A DNA stretch of 18,319 nt from a virus (lineage: Duplodnaviria; Heunggongvirae; Uroviricota; Caudoviricetes). The position numbers and the translations under genes were made by a program. Positions within the stretch are counted from its first letter, which is position 1; every line of letters starts with the position of its first letter. The stretch is from IMG/VR virus record IMGVR_UViG_2695420565_000013; one strand, given 5' to 3'. This document shows positions 7,522-16,333 of the stretch, in pieces. The notes beneath the pieces are model-generated. The model worked only from the letters and a program-made list of their open reading frames with translations, was not told where the DNA came from and made no database searches.

Positions 7522-9480
7522 TTACGCCGTACATTTCACCAGACCGCGGTGATCAACTGGCGCGACACCGGCGTCAATACGCACTTTCGTTGTCACGCCA
7601 TCCACACTGAAGCCCTCCATCTGATCAATATATGGCGTATCCACACCGTTGAGATAAGCCACTTCAATCGTATCGGAGCCTTTTGACGCAGCCAGGTAGA
7701 AGGTGGTCTGGCTGTTATCATCAAGACGAGGCTCTGCAATAACGGTCGCAAAATCTTTCACCGGGTTAATAATACCGGCGTTAATGTCAGCCCCCTTGAC
7801 ACTTGAGGAGCGAATGACCTGGTTAGCAACAGACTCCATCGCCGTCGGTACCAGTACGAACGCAGGACGAATATTCAGATGACGCTCCCCCTCTTTCTGA
7901 ACGCGCATCAACTGGCGGGCTTTATCCAGCGATGCCACATCCATTGCAGCGCTCTCCAGTACGTTTGCATGTTTCGCTTTATCGAACAGACTTACATTAT
8001 CTGTGGAGATTTTCGGGTTAGACGTCAGAATGGCATAAACCAGATCGGCAATAGTGGATTTCGCCGCACGGCCCAGTTTCATCGGGACATCGGTCAGCAT
8101 ATTCAGATCATCATTGATAATGGCCTGACGGGTGATACTGAACAGCTCGCCATAGGTCGCCAGTGCAATAGTGGCCTGTTTATCTCCGGTGGTGACGTAT
8201 TTATATTCCGCCCCTTCACGCACCTGACGCAGAGCACTGAAGCCCCCCATACCCACACGATGGGCAATTTTAAAATCAGACAACTGACCTTTCCGCGTCC
8301 ACTGTTCATAGGTTTCAGGGGCATCTTCCCAGCCCTGCAGAATGGCTTTGTTCGCAACATCCAGCAGAATATTACCGAAGTCAGACGTACTGTGTGTGAA
8401 CGCCGCACCGACCATCTGCATCGGGTTATAACCGGAAACCCCAATACCCCGTTCAGTTAGTGACATACGGGCATATTCACGCAGGGTCATCCCGTTGTAG
8501 ACATTATCACGTTCGGTTTTTTCAAATCCGGCACGCGCCATCAGCGCCTGGCGAATCCCGTCCCCCACAAAATTACCGTTACCGGCATAAATATGAGCCG
8601 GGGTATTTTTATTGGATGGCGTGGACTCGCGCCCCATCTCGTTCAACAGCTTTTCACGGGCCTGCTCCAGCGAACATTCAGGATCGGCAAGACACTGAGC
8701 CTGCAGCGTCTGATAACGCCCGCCAAACATGGCAAACAGATCATTAATACCGTTTACACGCGCTTTTTGCTCTGCCAGTACCTGCGCACGGATGCTGTTT
8801 TCATCCACCACGGGTGCTGCTGCCTGCACTGGCGTCCAGGAGGCTTCAGATTCATTATCCTGTACGCGTGGAGCACTGTTGCGTGGCGGAGTAATCATGT
8901 TTCGAATGGATTCCGGCATCTTTTTAAATTCCTCTGTACGTTTTGACTGAATACATGCCATTGCCTTAACGGCTGGCGTTACCTGATCAGCAAATCCATG
9001 TGCCAGACATTCGGCACCGGACATCCAGGTCTCATCCGCCAGCATGGCAGCAATTTCATCGGTGGTTTTCCCGGTTTTCTGTGCATAAGCGGGTAACAGA
9101 ACCGCCTCAACTTTATCGAGCAGGTCGGCATAGGTGCGCATGTCCTCCGCATCACCGCCCGTAAAGCCAAATGGTTTATGAATCATCATGAAGGTGTTTT
9201 CCGGCATAATGACCGGGTTTCCTACCATCGCAATGACCGACGCCATTGACGCCGCCACACCGTCGACATAAACGGTAATGGACGCACCATGTGTTTTCAG
9301 CGCATTAAAAATGGCGATGCCTTCAAAGACATCGCCACCCGGTGAATTAATATGGAGATTAATGTGGGTGATATCGCCCAGTGCATTCAGATCACTGATA
9401 AACTGCTTCGCTGTAACACCCCAGAAACCAATCTCGTCATAAATATAAATATCCGCGTCACTCTGGTGACCAGCCTGCAT
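7522..9480 (-). CDS. Prohead protease (ClpP/S14-like) fused to HK97-fold major capsid protein (about 652 aa)
   Basis: The N-terminal ~200 aa have ClpP-like motifs (IYIYDEIG..., INSPGGDVFEG..., GVAASMASVIAMVG, MMIHKP). A long central linker and a C-terminal ~300 aa capsid-like region follow. Start placed at ATG 9478-9480 (13 nt after the portal stop) rather than the ORF-track start, which overlaps the portal; the start is uncertain. Confidence 0.75.
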   Translation of the reverse strand: MQAGHQSDADIYIYDEIGFWGVTAKQFISDLNALGDITHINLHINSPGGDVFEGIAIFNALKTHGASITVYVDGVAASMASVIAMVGNPVIMPENTFMMIHKPFGFTGGDAEDMRTYADLLDKVEAVLLPAYAQKTGKTTDEIAAMLADETWMSGAECLAHGFADQVTPAVKAMACIQSKRTEEFKKMPESIRNMITPPRNSAPRVQDNESEASWTPVQAAAPVVDENSIRAQVLAEQKARVNGINDLFAMFGGRYQTLQAQCLADPECSLEQAREKLLNEMGRESTPSNKNTPAHIYAGNGNFVGDGIRQALMARAGFEKTERDNVYNGMTLREYARMSLTERGIGVSGYNPMQMVGAAFTHSTSDFGNILLDVANKAILQGWEDAPETYEQWTRKGQLSDFKIAHRVGMGGFSALRQVREGAEYKYVTTGDKQATIALATYGELFSITRQAIINDDLNMLTDVPMKLGRAAKSTIADLVYAILTSNPKISTDNVSLFDKAKHANVLESAAMDVASLDKARQLMRVQKEGERHLNIRPAFVLVPTAMESVANQVIRSSSVKGADINAGIINPVKDFATVIAEPRLDDNSQTTFYLAASKGSDTIEVAYLNGVDTPYIDQMEGFSVDGVTTKVRIDAGVAPVDHRGLVKCTA

Positions 9481-9493
9481 CCTGAACCAGGAA

Positions 9494-11002
9494 TTATTCT
9501 TCGGACTGGTCGTCGGTGTGCTGCGGCTCCTGTCGTTTCGTTGCGGCACTACTGCCTCCTTTATCACTGGCCGGATCGGTATCAAATACCAGATCCAGCT
9601 TGCGGTTTTCATCAATTTCGGCCTTGCGCCGACGTTTGACATCATCCGGATTACGACCACCAGCACGTACCCAGTCTGATTCTGTCGCCGCTCCACCACG
9701 AATCTGGATTTTCCAGGCCTCAGCCTCCTTAACAGGGTCAATCCACGGCATCACTGGTCCGGAATACACCGCGGTATACAGTGAAGAACGGTCAAGATCG
9801 CGGGGTAGCCTGATAACACCGGATGCCACAGCCTGTTTCAGCCATGCACGATACATCGGGCGGGTGACGGCACCAATAAACCAGTCCTGCAGGATCAGGT
9901 AGCCATCAGTGGATTCAACCAGCTCCTGACGCTGGGCGCTGTAAGTGCCGTTATAGTTGCGCGCTGTACTGGAAAAACTCAGACGACTGCCCGCCGCCAC
10001 GGCACGCAACTGACCATTACGAAAAGTTTCAAGGTTAGGATTGGGGCGATCCGACTTCACCATTCCGATTTCTTCGCCGGGTTTCAGATCGTCGTAAATA
10101 ATGCCCGGCTGAATGGTAAGCTCACGTTCATTCTCCTTTCTGCCATTACCATCCGGTTCATAGCTCTGCCCGTCGCCTTTCCGGATGTACATCCCCAGAG
10201 CAGCGGCGATCCTTGCTGCAGTCAGCTCAGAATCTTCATATTCTTTCAGGGCACTGAGGCGGATCAGCACACCGGACAACAAAGACGTCCCGCGCATCTG
10301 GTGCAGACGGCGAACAAATTTAAGATGCAGCATTCGCTCTGCATCCACTTCTTTGGTTTCCATCTGCCGTCCGGATACGGGACGGCTTTTATACACCAGA
10401 TATTTTTCGGGACGCCCCCAGTCATCAACAAACACGCCCTGATTCAGCCTGTTGCTCTCATCACTAGTCATGGGAATAAAGTCCGGCTCGAGCGCCTCCA
10501 GCCAGAAATGAACACCGGCAGAAGGCGCCAGGCTGTTTATGCGCCCGGAAACCATCTGGGCAAACACCTCACCATCGCGCAGCCAGGTACGAAGCATCAG
10601 ACGTTCCAGCATCGGACGGGTAAACTGCCCGGTGACTTCCGGGCTGACAGACCATTCACTCCATCGGGTGCGAATCTCCGCAGCCAGGTCACGGGCAATG
10701 GCCCCATTGCGTAATACCGGATGTGGCTCGACAATAATCCCGTTTTTCCCCACCACCCGTTCTTCCAGCTTGTCAAATACACCAATAACCAGATCGTGGT
10801 TGTTATCAAGGTAACGGGCCTGCTCACGTAACGACACGGCCCCGTACTGGCTTAACTGGTCGGCAGTTCGGTTCTCCCGTCGGGCTTTGTGTGTCCGCGT
10901 CGTTTTTACGGCCTCATAAGCCTGGATCACCGCACGGGAACGCAGCCTTGCCGCTTTCCATCCTGGTGAAAAAACGCCAATCACATCATCAAGAATTGCC
11001 AT
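9494..11002 (-). CDS. Portal protein (502 aa)
   Basis: Large ORF directly after gpW and before the protease-capsid gene. ATG at 11000-11002 overlaps the W stop (TGATG) and is preceded by GAGG (5 nt spacer). The ORF-track GTG start at 11074 would overlap W by 73 nt and is rejected. Assignment by size and synteny. Confidence 0.8.
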   Translation of the reverse strand: MAILDDVIGVFSPGWKAARLRSRAVIQAYEAVKTTRTHKARRENRTADQLSQYGAVSLREQARYLDNNHDLVIGVFDKLEERVVGKNGIIVEPHPVLRNGAIARDLAAEIRTRWSEWSVSPEVTGQFTRPMLERLMLRTWLRDGEVFAQMVSGRINSLAPSAGVHFWLEALEPDFIPMTSDESNRLNQGVFVDDWGRPEKYLVYKSRPVSGRQMETKEVDAERMLHLKFVRRLHQMRGTSLLSGVLIRLSALKEYEDSELTAARIAAALGMYIRKGDGQSYEPDGNGRKENERELTIQPGIIYDDLKPGEEIGMVKSDRPNPNLETFRNGQLRAVAAGSRLSFSSTARNYNGTYSAQRQELVESTDGYLILQDWFIGAVTRPMYRAWLKQAVASGVIRLPRDLDRSSLYTAVYSGPVMPWIDPVKEAEAWKIQIRGGAATESDWVRAGGRNPDDVKRRRKAEIDENRKLDLVFDTDPASDKGGSSAATKRQEPQHTDDQSEE

Positions 11003-11220
11003 CAGAACCTCGCCAGCCGGTACCCGGGATGCCCCCGTCGTCGTGTAATCAGAGCCGCAAGGCGGCGCTCCCACTCCTGCCGTCCCTGCCGGATCTCAGA
11101 TAAGTTTTCCATGGTCATCTGCTGACCATTAAAGGTGACGGATTTTCCGTCCAGCACCGCCATTTCAGCTTCCGTATAACGCTGAATCATGGCTTCGATA
11201 TCATTCTGGTTCATAACCAT
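11002..11220 (-). CDS. W: Head-tail joining protein W (lambda gpW-like)
   Basis: About 70-aa protein ending ...ALITRRRGHPGYRLARF, compared with lambda gpW ...QTGMTQRRRGPAGFYV. Lies between terminase large subunit and portal as in lambda. Start ATG overlaps the TerL stop (ATGGTTATGA). Confidence 0.7.
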   Translation of the reverse strand: MVMNQNDIEAMIQRYTEAEMAVLDGKSVTFNGQQMTMENLSEIRQGRQEWERRLAALITRRRGHPGYRLARF

Positions 11221-13310
11221 CCTCCGGAAGTCAGCCAGGGGTTAACATCGTCAGTTACTGTTTTCTTCCGTTTTTGTTTTTTAACAGGCGTGGATACCGG
11301 TTCCGGTGAGGATGACGGTTCGGTACTGTCCTGGACACACTCCAGCCAGGTCTCCCGGCTCGCCCACTCCGGTGCATCCGGCCAGCGGATCTTTTCGTAT
11401 CCATGCAGAATGACCAGAGCCTCGGCATACACCATCAGGTCAAAAGCTTCGTTGGCACCGCGACCCGGCTTACTCCATTTCCCGTCACTGCTCCGCTCTT
11501 CATACGTCAGTTCGTCGTAAAACCAGCTCCCCAGCCAGTCAGGGAAATGCACATAGCCTGGACCTGGCGAGTCACGCCATAACGCGTTATTCACCCGGTC
11601 TTTCAGGGCATCCGTCTGAAGAAGCCAGAGCGGCACATCACCTGCGGCCTGCGCCCGGCGGCCCGTTCGTCCGGTGTTATCAGGGAATGTACGGCTGATC
11701 AGTTTTGCGCGCCGGATGCTGTCACCCTTAAACAGGTAAATACGTTTACCAAGGCCATCACGACGGCAACGACGCCAGAATTTATAGGCATTATCAGTGA
11801 CCCCGTCTTCACCGCCGGAGTCCACCGCCATTGCCATCAGTCGCATTTGTTGAGAAGGATCGGAGGCCAGCGCCCAGCTTTTATGAAAAACATCCGTCAG
11901 CAGGACATCCCAGTCTTCCGGATAGCTGGCCGGATCAATTCGCTGGCTCTCCCCGTCGCAGTCACTGCGCAATGACTGCGTGATGTTGTAACGATCAATA
12001 ATCCAGCGTTCGCCACGACTGCCATAGCCCGTTACCTGAACCACAAAACGGCGATGACGTCCCGCCTGCACATCCACTGTCGCCACAAGGAAATTAACGC
12101 CATCCGGCACACTGCGGGAAGGAACTGGCTCTGCCCGCTGCTCAAGCAGTTCACTTTTTCGTTGCTCCATGCTGGCACGAGGAAGATAAGGCAATCCCCA
12201 GTCGGTGTTGATAACCGCCCTGAGTGTTTCTTCGCTTCCTGTCGCTTCATACTCCTGTTCTGCAGTCAGTAATTTGTAAACCAGTTGCGCCCAGGTCTGA
12301 TACGCAGCAGCTGGCCCTTCCATCCAGAAACTGGCGATACGGGAGCGGCGCGGTTCACCGGAAACGTTGCCGTTACGATCAATGACCTGACCTTCACGCA
12401 ACCAGACTCCTGCACTATTGAGCTCACGCTTTTTCTCCGCAGTGATAATGCCGCTGCAGTGCGGGCAAAGTAGATACGCCGCCTCACTGGCTTTAAAGGG
12501 ATCCGGTTCATTACGGTAGCCGGTCATGGCATCCATGGCTGGCTGAAAATATTCACCGCAGTGCGGACATGACCAGTACCAGCGGCGGCGGTCACCACGA
12601 TTGTAAAGGGAAAGAATACCAGTCGTCGGTGGCGCTTCATGAGGCGACTTACGTCGCCATTTGCTGTCGCAGATGTCACGTCCCGGCGAGCTCTCCACCA
12701 GAGTCATCCCAGCGGACATAAATGTGGTGGTACGTTTTGAGGCCAGGGAGAAACCATCACCCTCGCTGTCGATATTCTCCGGAAAACGGTCGTAATCGGT
12801 TAAGGCGACAAACCGGTAATCCGACGACGACATAATGTTGACCGAGGGCCAACCAATTTTAAGGAACGAGCCATCCCTGAACGTCTTATCATGGACATTA
12901 TTGTCGTTACGACGTGGACTCATTCTTTTCTTTACCGCCGCACTGCTTCTGAACGTTCTGTCGAGGCGCTTTTTAGAATGCTCGCGGGCCTTATCTTCGG
13001 TCATCTGCACAACGAGCATGTCCGAAGGATCGCAAACGATGGTATAGACAATCCATCCATCGATCAGACCAATGGTCTTCCCTGTTCGCGCAGGACCAAC
13101 AAAAATCACCGCATCGTATTCACGCGATGCCAGGCAGTTCATGGGCTCAATGATGTAGGGTGTCAGTTCAGGATCCCATGGCACCGAGTTACCAGCCCCC
13201 TTGGGAACACGCATGAATTTTTTAACAGCCTCCGAAATCGGCATGCGACGTGGTGGGGAAAATCCTGCCGATATGTCCCTTCCCAAATTTCGGGCTGATG
13301 AAAAACCCAT
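11211..13310 (-). CDS. Terminase large subunit (699 aa)
   Basis: 699-aa ORF with Walker A-like motif VGPARTGKT and paired Cys motifs (CPHCGEYF...CPHCSG). AGGAGG Shine-Dalgarno 4 nt upstream of ATG 13308-13310. Directly follows the small subunit gene. Confidence 0.9.
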   Translation of the reverse strand: MGFSSARNLGRDISAGFSPPRRMPISEAVKKFMRVPKGAGNSVPWDPELTPYIIEPMNCLASREYDAVIFVGPARTGKTIGLIDGWIVYTIVCDPSDMLVVQMTEDKAREHSKKRLDRTFRSSAAVKKRMSPRRNDNNVHDKTFRDGSFLKIGWPSVNIMSSSDYRFVALTDYDRFPENIDSEGDGFSLASKRTTTFMSAGMTLVESSPGRDICDSKWRRKSPHEAPPTTGILSLYNRGDRRRWYWSCPHCGEYFQPAMDAMTGYRNEPDPFKASEAAYLLCPHCSGIITAEKKRELNSAGVWLREGQVIDRNGNVSGEPRRSRIASFWMEGPAAAYQTWAQLVYKLLTAEQEYEATGSEETLRAVINTDWGLPYLPRASMEQRKSELLEQRAEPVPSRSVPDGVNFLVATVDVQAGRHRRFVVQVTGYGSRGERWIIDRYNITQSLRSDCDGESQRIDPASYPEDWDVLLTDVFHKSWALASDPSQQMRLMAMAVDSGGEDGVTDNAYKFWRRCRRDGLGKRIYLFKGDSIRRAKLISRTFPDNTGRTGRRAQAAGDVPLWLLQTDALKDRVNNALWRDSPGPGYVHFPDWLGSWFYDELTYEERSSDGKWSKPGRGANEAFDLMVYAEALVILHGYEKIRWPDAPEWASRETWLECVQDSTEPSSSPEPVSTPVKKQKRKKTVTDDVNPWLTSGGWL

Positions 13311-13318
13311 TATTCCTC

Positions 13319-13846
13319 CTAGAGACTCTCTCCTTCCTCATCAGGAATTAATTCAGCAGCACAAGCCTCGTAGGATTTTTCCTGAAGAGTGTATCGCAGG
13401 TCATCAATGGCCTGCTGTACAACGCCGACGGCCTGAGGAGTCAGGGCGCAATCGCGTTCAAGAACATCCGGAATTGTCTCCAGAACCTGGACGACAGCCT
13501 TTCTCATGGACGAATAGACGATGACTACTTCATCAACGGGGATGAGTTTTCGCTGCTCCTTTTCCAGCTTGATCCTTTCATTTTCAGATTGGTACCAGTC
13601 CTTTCTCTCTTTCGGCTCCATACGGGATGGATCATGAACAGAGTCTGCTGCCTCATGCTTCACACTAAACAGGGCTGGCCCGACATGCTGCAGGGCGTAA
13701 ACGGGGTTCCCCCTGACAGTCGCAGCCACAGGAGTGTTAGCCGCGAGGAGCCGTTTTTTTACTGTGTCCCGGTGAAGCCCAAAGGCCTCAGCGATTTTAA
13801 AAACACTCCAGTAATAAGCATCACCGATCCCGCTCACATTTGACAT
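13319..13846 (-). CDS. Terminase small subunit (about 175 aa)
   Basis: Start placed at ATG 13844-13846 (GGAG, 6 nt spacer), giving MSNVSGIGDAYYWSVFKIAEAFGLHRDTVKKRL... with an N-terminal helix-turn-helix-like segment. Immediately upstream of the large subunit. In K-12 the Qin gene at this position is the pseudogene nohQ. Confidence 0.7.
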   Translation of the reverse strand: MSNVSGIGDAYYWSVFKIAEAFGLHRDTVKKRLLAANTPVAATVRGNPVYALQHVGPALFSVKHEAADSVHDPSRMEPKERKDWYQSENERIKLEKEQRKLIPVDEVVIVYSSMRKAVVQVLETIPDVLERDCALTPQAVGVVQQAIDDLRYTLQEKSYEACAAELIPDEEGESL

Positions 13847-14070
13847 AAGCAACTCCATCTGGCAGGTGAAAATCATGTTTATTTATATATTTCAATTAAT
13901 TGCAAACTGGTCTAATGACAGGGAGAAAGAAATATTGTACAGGTGAAAAGAGAAATAACTTTTAATTATCAATAAATTACCAAACATGCTGCCGCCGCCA
14001 TGGAAATGCAAAAACTAGCCTTTTTCCGCGACGCTCCCGCCCGTGGCAGGGGCCCCCACCGGGAGGACCC

Positions 14071-14094
14071 GACAGCCTGACAGCCTGACAGCCG
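14071..14094. repeat. Three tandem copies of GACAGCCT (third copy GACAGCCG) inside a GC-rich island
   Basis: Read directly: gacagcct gacagcct gacagccg at 14071-14094. Preceded by GGGGCCCCC and CCGCCGCC elements (about 13990-14070), in an otherwise AT-rich 540-bp non-coding region upstream of the terminase genes. Confidence 0.6.
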
Positions 14095-14229
14095 TGATGA
14101 GCATCTGATACAGCGCTTTACATAATGGCATAGGAATAATTCAGAAGGACATCACAGCATGCCCACACAAATTAGTGTGAGTGTCCTGTTTCTTCCTACG
14201 CACAGGACTGACGAGCATGAGGGGAAAAT

Positions 14230-14397
14230 ATGCGAACCATAAATGCCTCATCTTCAGCAATGCAACCGGCATCCGAACAGGACGATATTGTAAATTCACC
14301 TAATTACGAGGACATTGCAGTAGTTGAATTGCAGCTCTGTATTAGCCTGACAGTGACAGAATGCGATATTGACTCTGTCACAGGTGAAATAGTTTGA
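14230..14397 (+). CDS. Hypothetical small acidic protein (55 aa); speculative
   Basis: ATG 14230 preceded by GAGGGG (about 6 nt spacer). Encodes MRTINASSSAMQPASEQDDIVNSPNYEDIAVVELQLCISLTVTECDIDSVTGEIV. Below the ORF-track size cutoff. No recognised family. Confidence 0.25.
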   Translation: MRTINASSSAMQPASEQDDIVNSPNYEDIAVVELQLCISLTVTECDIDSVTGEIV

Positions 14398-14417
14398 ATG
14401 ATTAGCAGTTATGGTGC

Positions 14418-14624
14418 TCAGTCAACCACCAGGGAATAATCCTTCGAATTCTTATCGTGCTTCACCAACGCTGCCTCAATTGCCCTGAATGCTTCCAGAG
14501 ACACCTGATGTTCTATACATGCAATTACAACATCCGGGTAACTCATAGAAATGGTGCTATTAAGCATATTTTTTACACGAATCAGATCCAACGAGACTTC
14601 ATCAGCAGATTGTTCTTTATTCAT
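14418..14624 (-). CDS. ynfO: Small hypothetical protein (68 aa) at the position of Qin ynfO
   Basis: ATG 14622-14624 with GGAG 7 nt upstream: [26 protein letters not shown].... Symbol assigned from synteny with the K-12 Qin order (nohQ-ynfO-ydfO-gnsB-ynfN-cspI) as I recall it; sequence identity not checked. Confidence 0.55.
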   Translation of the reverse strand: MNKEQSADEVSLDLIRVKNMLNSTISMSYPDVVIACIEHQVSLEAFRAIEAALVKHDKNSKDYSLVVD

Positions 14625-14924
14625 TTTGTCGCTCCATGCGTTTGCTCGTCATCTAGCGGTTAAAATATTACTTCAAATCTTACTGCATAAAAGAGGAAAA
14701 GTATGAAAGTTTGAGTACATCGACCTTACATACATCTGTCGGTTGCATATCCCTCCTGGATGCCAGCAAGGCTCAATTTTGTTACGCAATCAACACTATT
14801 CATTAAAAACAGGCTTAATATTTGACATAAATCATCAACAAAACACAAAGAGGTCAGACCAGATTGAAACAATAAACACGATAATGCTAACTACGCGCCA
14901 TCGTATCACATGGAAGGTTTACCA

Positions 14925-15335
14925 ATGGCTCAGGCTGCCATTTTTAAAGAAATATTCGATCAAGTGCGTAAAGATTTAAACTGTGAATTATTTTATTCTG
15001 AGCTAAAACGTCACAATGTCTCACTTTATATTTACTATTTAGCCACAGATAATATTCACATTGTGTTAGAAAACGACAACATAGTGTTAGTAAAAGGACT
15101 CAAAAAGGTTGTAAATGTTAAATTCTCCAGAAACAAACATCTTATAGAGACCTCCTATAATAAGTTGAAATCAAAAGAAATCACATTTCAACAATACAGG
15201 GAAAATCTTGCTAAAGCAGGAGTTTTCCGATGGGTTACAAATATCCAGGAACACCAAAGATATTACTATGCCTTTGATAACTCATTACTATTTACTGAAA
15301 GCATCCAGAAAACTACACAGATCTTACCACGCTAA
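14925..15335 (+). CDS. ydfO: DUF1398 family protein (YdfO/YbcV-like, about 136 aa)
   Basis: Only plus-strand gene in the island. Start placed at the second ATG (14925; GGAAGG 7 nt upstream) giving [18 protein letters not shown]...; the ORF-track start is 14910. Size and position match YdfO/YbcV (DUF1398) of lambdoid prophages. Confidence 0.6.
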   Translation: MAQAAIFKEIFDQVRKDLNCELFYSELKRHNVSLYIYYLATDNIHIVLENDNIVLVKGLKKVVNVKFSRNKHLIETSYNKLKSKEITFQQYRENLAKAGVFRWVTNIQEHQRYYYAFDNSLLFTESIQKTTQILPR

Positions 15336-15486
15336 ACCATAACGTCCGGCTTCTCTCACTCCTGAGCCGGACTGCATTGGTTTAATAAAAACCATCAACA
15401 ATTGTGATTTAGATATTCGGAACCATTCAAATATAACAAAACCCCGTAAAAACGAGGTTTATGGATAAATTTTATTATTGAATACA

Positions 15487-15660
15487 TCAGATTAAATTAA
15501 TCTTGACATCATAGCTTTCAAGACCCGTCATTTTTTCCCGTGCGGTAAACTGAATACTGGTAACTTCTTTCCCGGTCTTTTTCTTAAGTTCAATAATTTT
15601 TTTTGTTATATATTCAGAAATATCTGCTTCTGCTTTTGTTTTTAAGTTTTCAATATTCAT
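15487..15660 (-). CDS. gnsB: GnsA/GnsB family protein (57 aa)
   Basis: Not in the ORF track (under 60 aa). Reverse-complement translation: MNIENLKTKAEADISEYITKKIIELKKKTGKEVTSIQFTAREKMTGLESYDVKINLI, versus E. coli GnsB as recalled MNIEELKKQAETEIADFIAQKIAELNKNTGKEVSEIRFTAREKMTGLESYDVKIKIM. AGAGGA Shine-Dalgarno upstream; an in-frame ATG at 15661-15663 is an alternative start. Confidence 0.75.
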   Translation of the reverse strand: MNIENLKTKAEADISEYITKKIIELKKKTGKEVTSIQFTAREKMTGLESYDVKINLI

Positions 15661-15831
15661 CATTTCCTCTTTTAGTCTGTTATGACTTTCCAGTTACACA
15701 GTAAGTCGATTATATGGTGCAAACGTGTAAAAGATAAGATGAAACATCGCAATAATCAACATACGATAGTCTAAATTTTACACAAACAGACAAAGAGAAT
15801 TTTCCTGAATTATCAATACAATAGCATCAAA

Positions 15832-16062
15832 TCAACTCAAGAGCCTTATTGCTGCTTCCAGAATTTCTTCTGAAGTAACATGTCGATCCGCGGCTACATA
15901 AATGACTTTATGATCTCCGGTCAGAGATGGAAACCCTGCGGCCATTACAGTAAGGTGTGTTTTTTCGCCATTTGGATATTCACGCATGATGGTGTTAACT
16001 CCAGTCATCGCTGGCACTACCACTGCTGGTTCAGAGTTAAAAAAAACTATGATTTTTTTCAT
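15832..16062 (-). CDS. ynfN: Small hypothetical protein (76 aa) at the position of Qin ynfN
   Basis: ATG at 16060-16062 (the ORF-track TTG start at 16104 is rejected): MKKIIVFFNSEPAVVVPAMTGVNTIMREYPNGEKTHL.... Symbol from synteny only (between gnsB and cspI). Confidence 0.5.
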   Translation of the reverse strand: MKKIIVFFNSEPAVVVPAMTGVNTIMREYPNGEKTHLTVMAAGFPSLTGDHKVIYVAADRHVTSEEILEAAIRLLS

Positions 16063-16106
16063 GATGTTACCGTAGTATGTGAGTATCCATCGAATAGATA
16101 CCAAGC

Positions 16107-16127
16107 AAAAAAGCTCCCGAAGGAGCC
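16107..16127. terminator. Hairpin with tetraloop flanked by T-runs on both strands (bidirectional terminator candidate)
   Basis: Minus-strand RNA GGCUCC-UUCG-GGAGCU followed by UUUUUU; the plus strand reads GCTCC-CGAA-GGAGC followed by T-rich sequence. It lies about 205 nt downstream of the cspI stop and about 45 nt upstream of the ynfN-like start. Confidence 0.55.
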
Positions 16128-16333
16128 TTCATTTTCACTTTTTTAAATCCAACGACAGACGGCTGGCATTTAAGTATTGTGAAATATTATCAAATGTAAT
16201 CATCATTGATTTACAAAAGATACATTTTGCCCCGAAAGGATTCATGTCAGAAACATCAAAAGATGATGTTCTATACTGGGAACCATGACAACACGGGCAT
16301 CTAAAGTGAATATGGTTTGTAATATTGTCTACC

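Noticed and set aside
7879-8460. Plus-strand ORFs antisense to the capsid, portal and terminase genes (for example 7879-8460, 10301-10714, 12891-13298)
   Set aside because: They are antisense to large, well-supported structural genes and are most likely chance ORFs.
9481-9741. N-terminal extension of the protease-capsid ORF
   Set aside because: It overlaps the portal C-terminus by about 250 nt in another frame; the start was moved to the first ATG after the portal stop, though that start is itself uncertain.
11003-11074. Portal ORF start at GTG 11074
   Set aside because: It would overlap gpW by 73 nt; the in-frame ATG at 11002 overlaps the W stop and has a GAGG Shine-Dalgarno.
14625-14924. 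Sigma-70 promoters for the divergent ynfO-like and DUF1398 genes
   Set aside because: Several partial -35/-10 matches exist (for example TTGACA at 14822-14827 and TAATAT at 14816-14821), but none has proper spacing and both hexamers together, so no promoter is called.
16079-16288. 69-aa plus-strand ORF between ynfN-like and cspI
   Set aside because: It spans the terminator hairpin at 16112-16127 and has no ribosome binding site, so it is probably non-coding. A 35-codon minus-strand ORF here (about 16128-16235) was also considered and rejected for lack of a Shine-Dalgarno.
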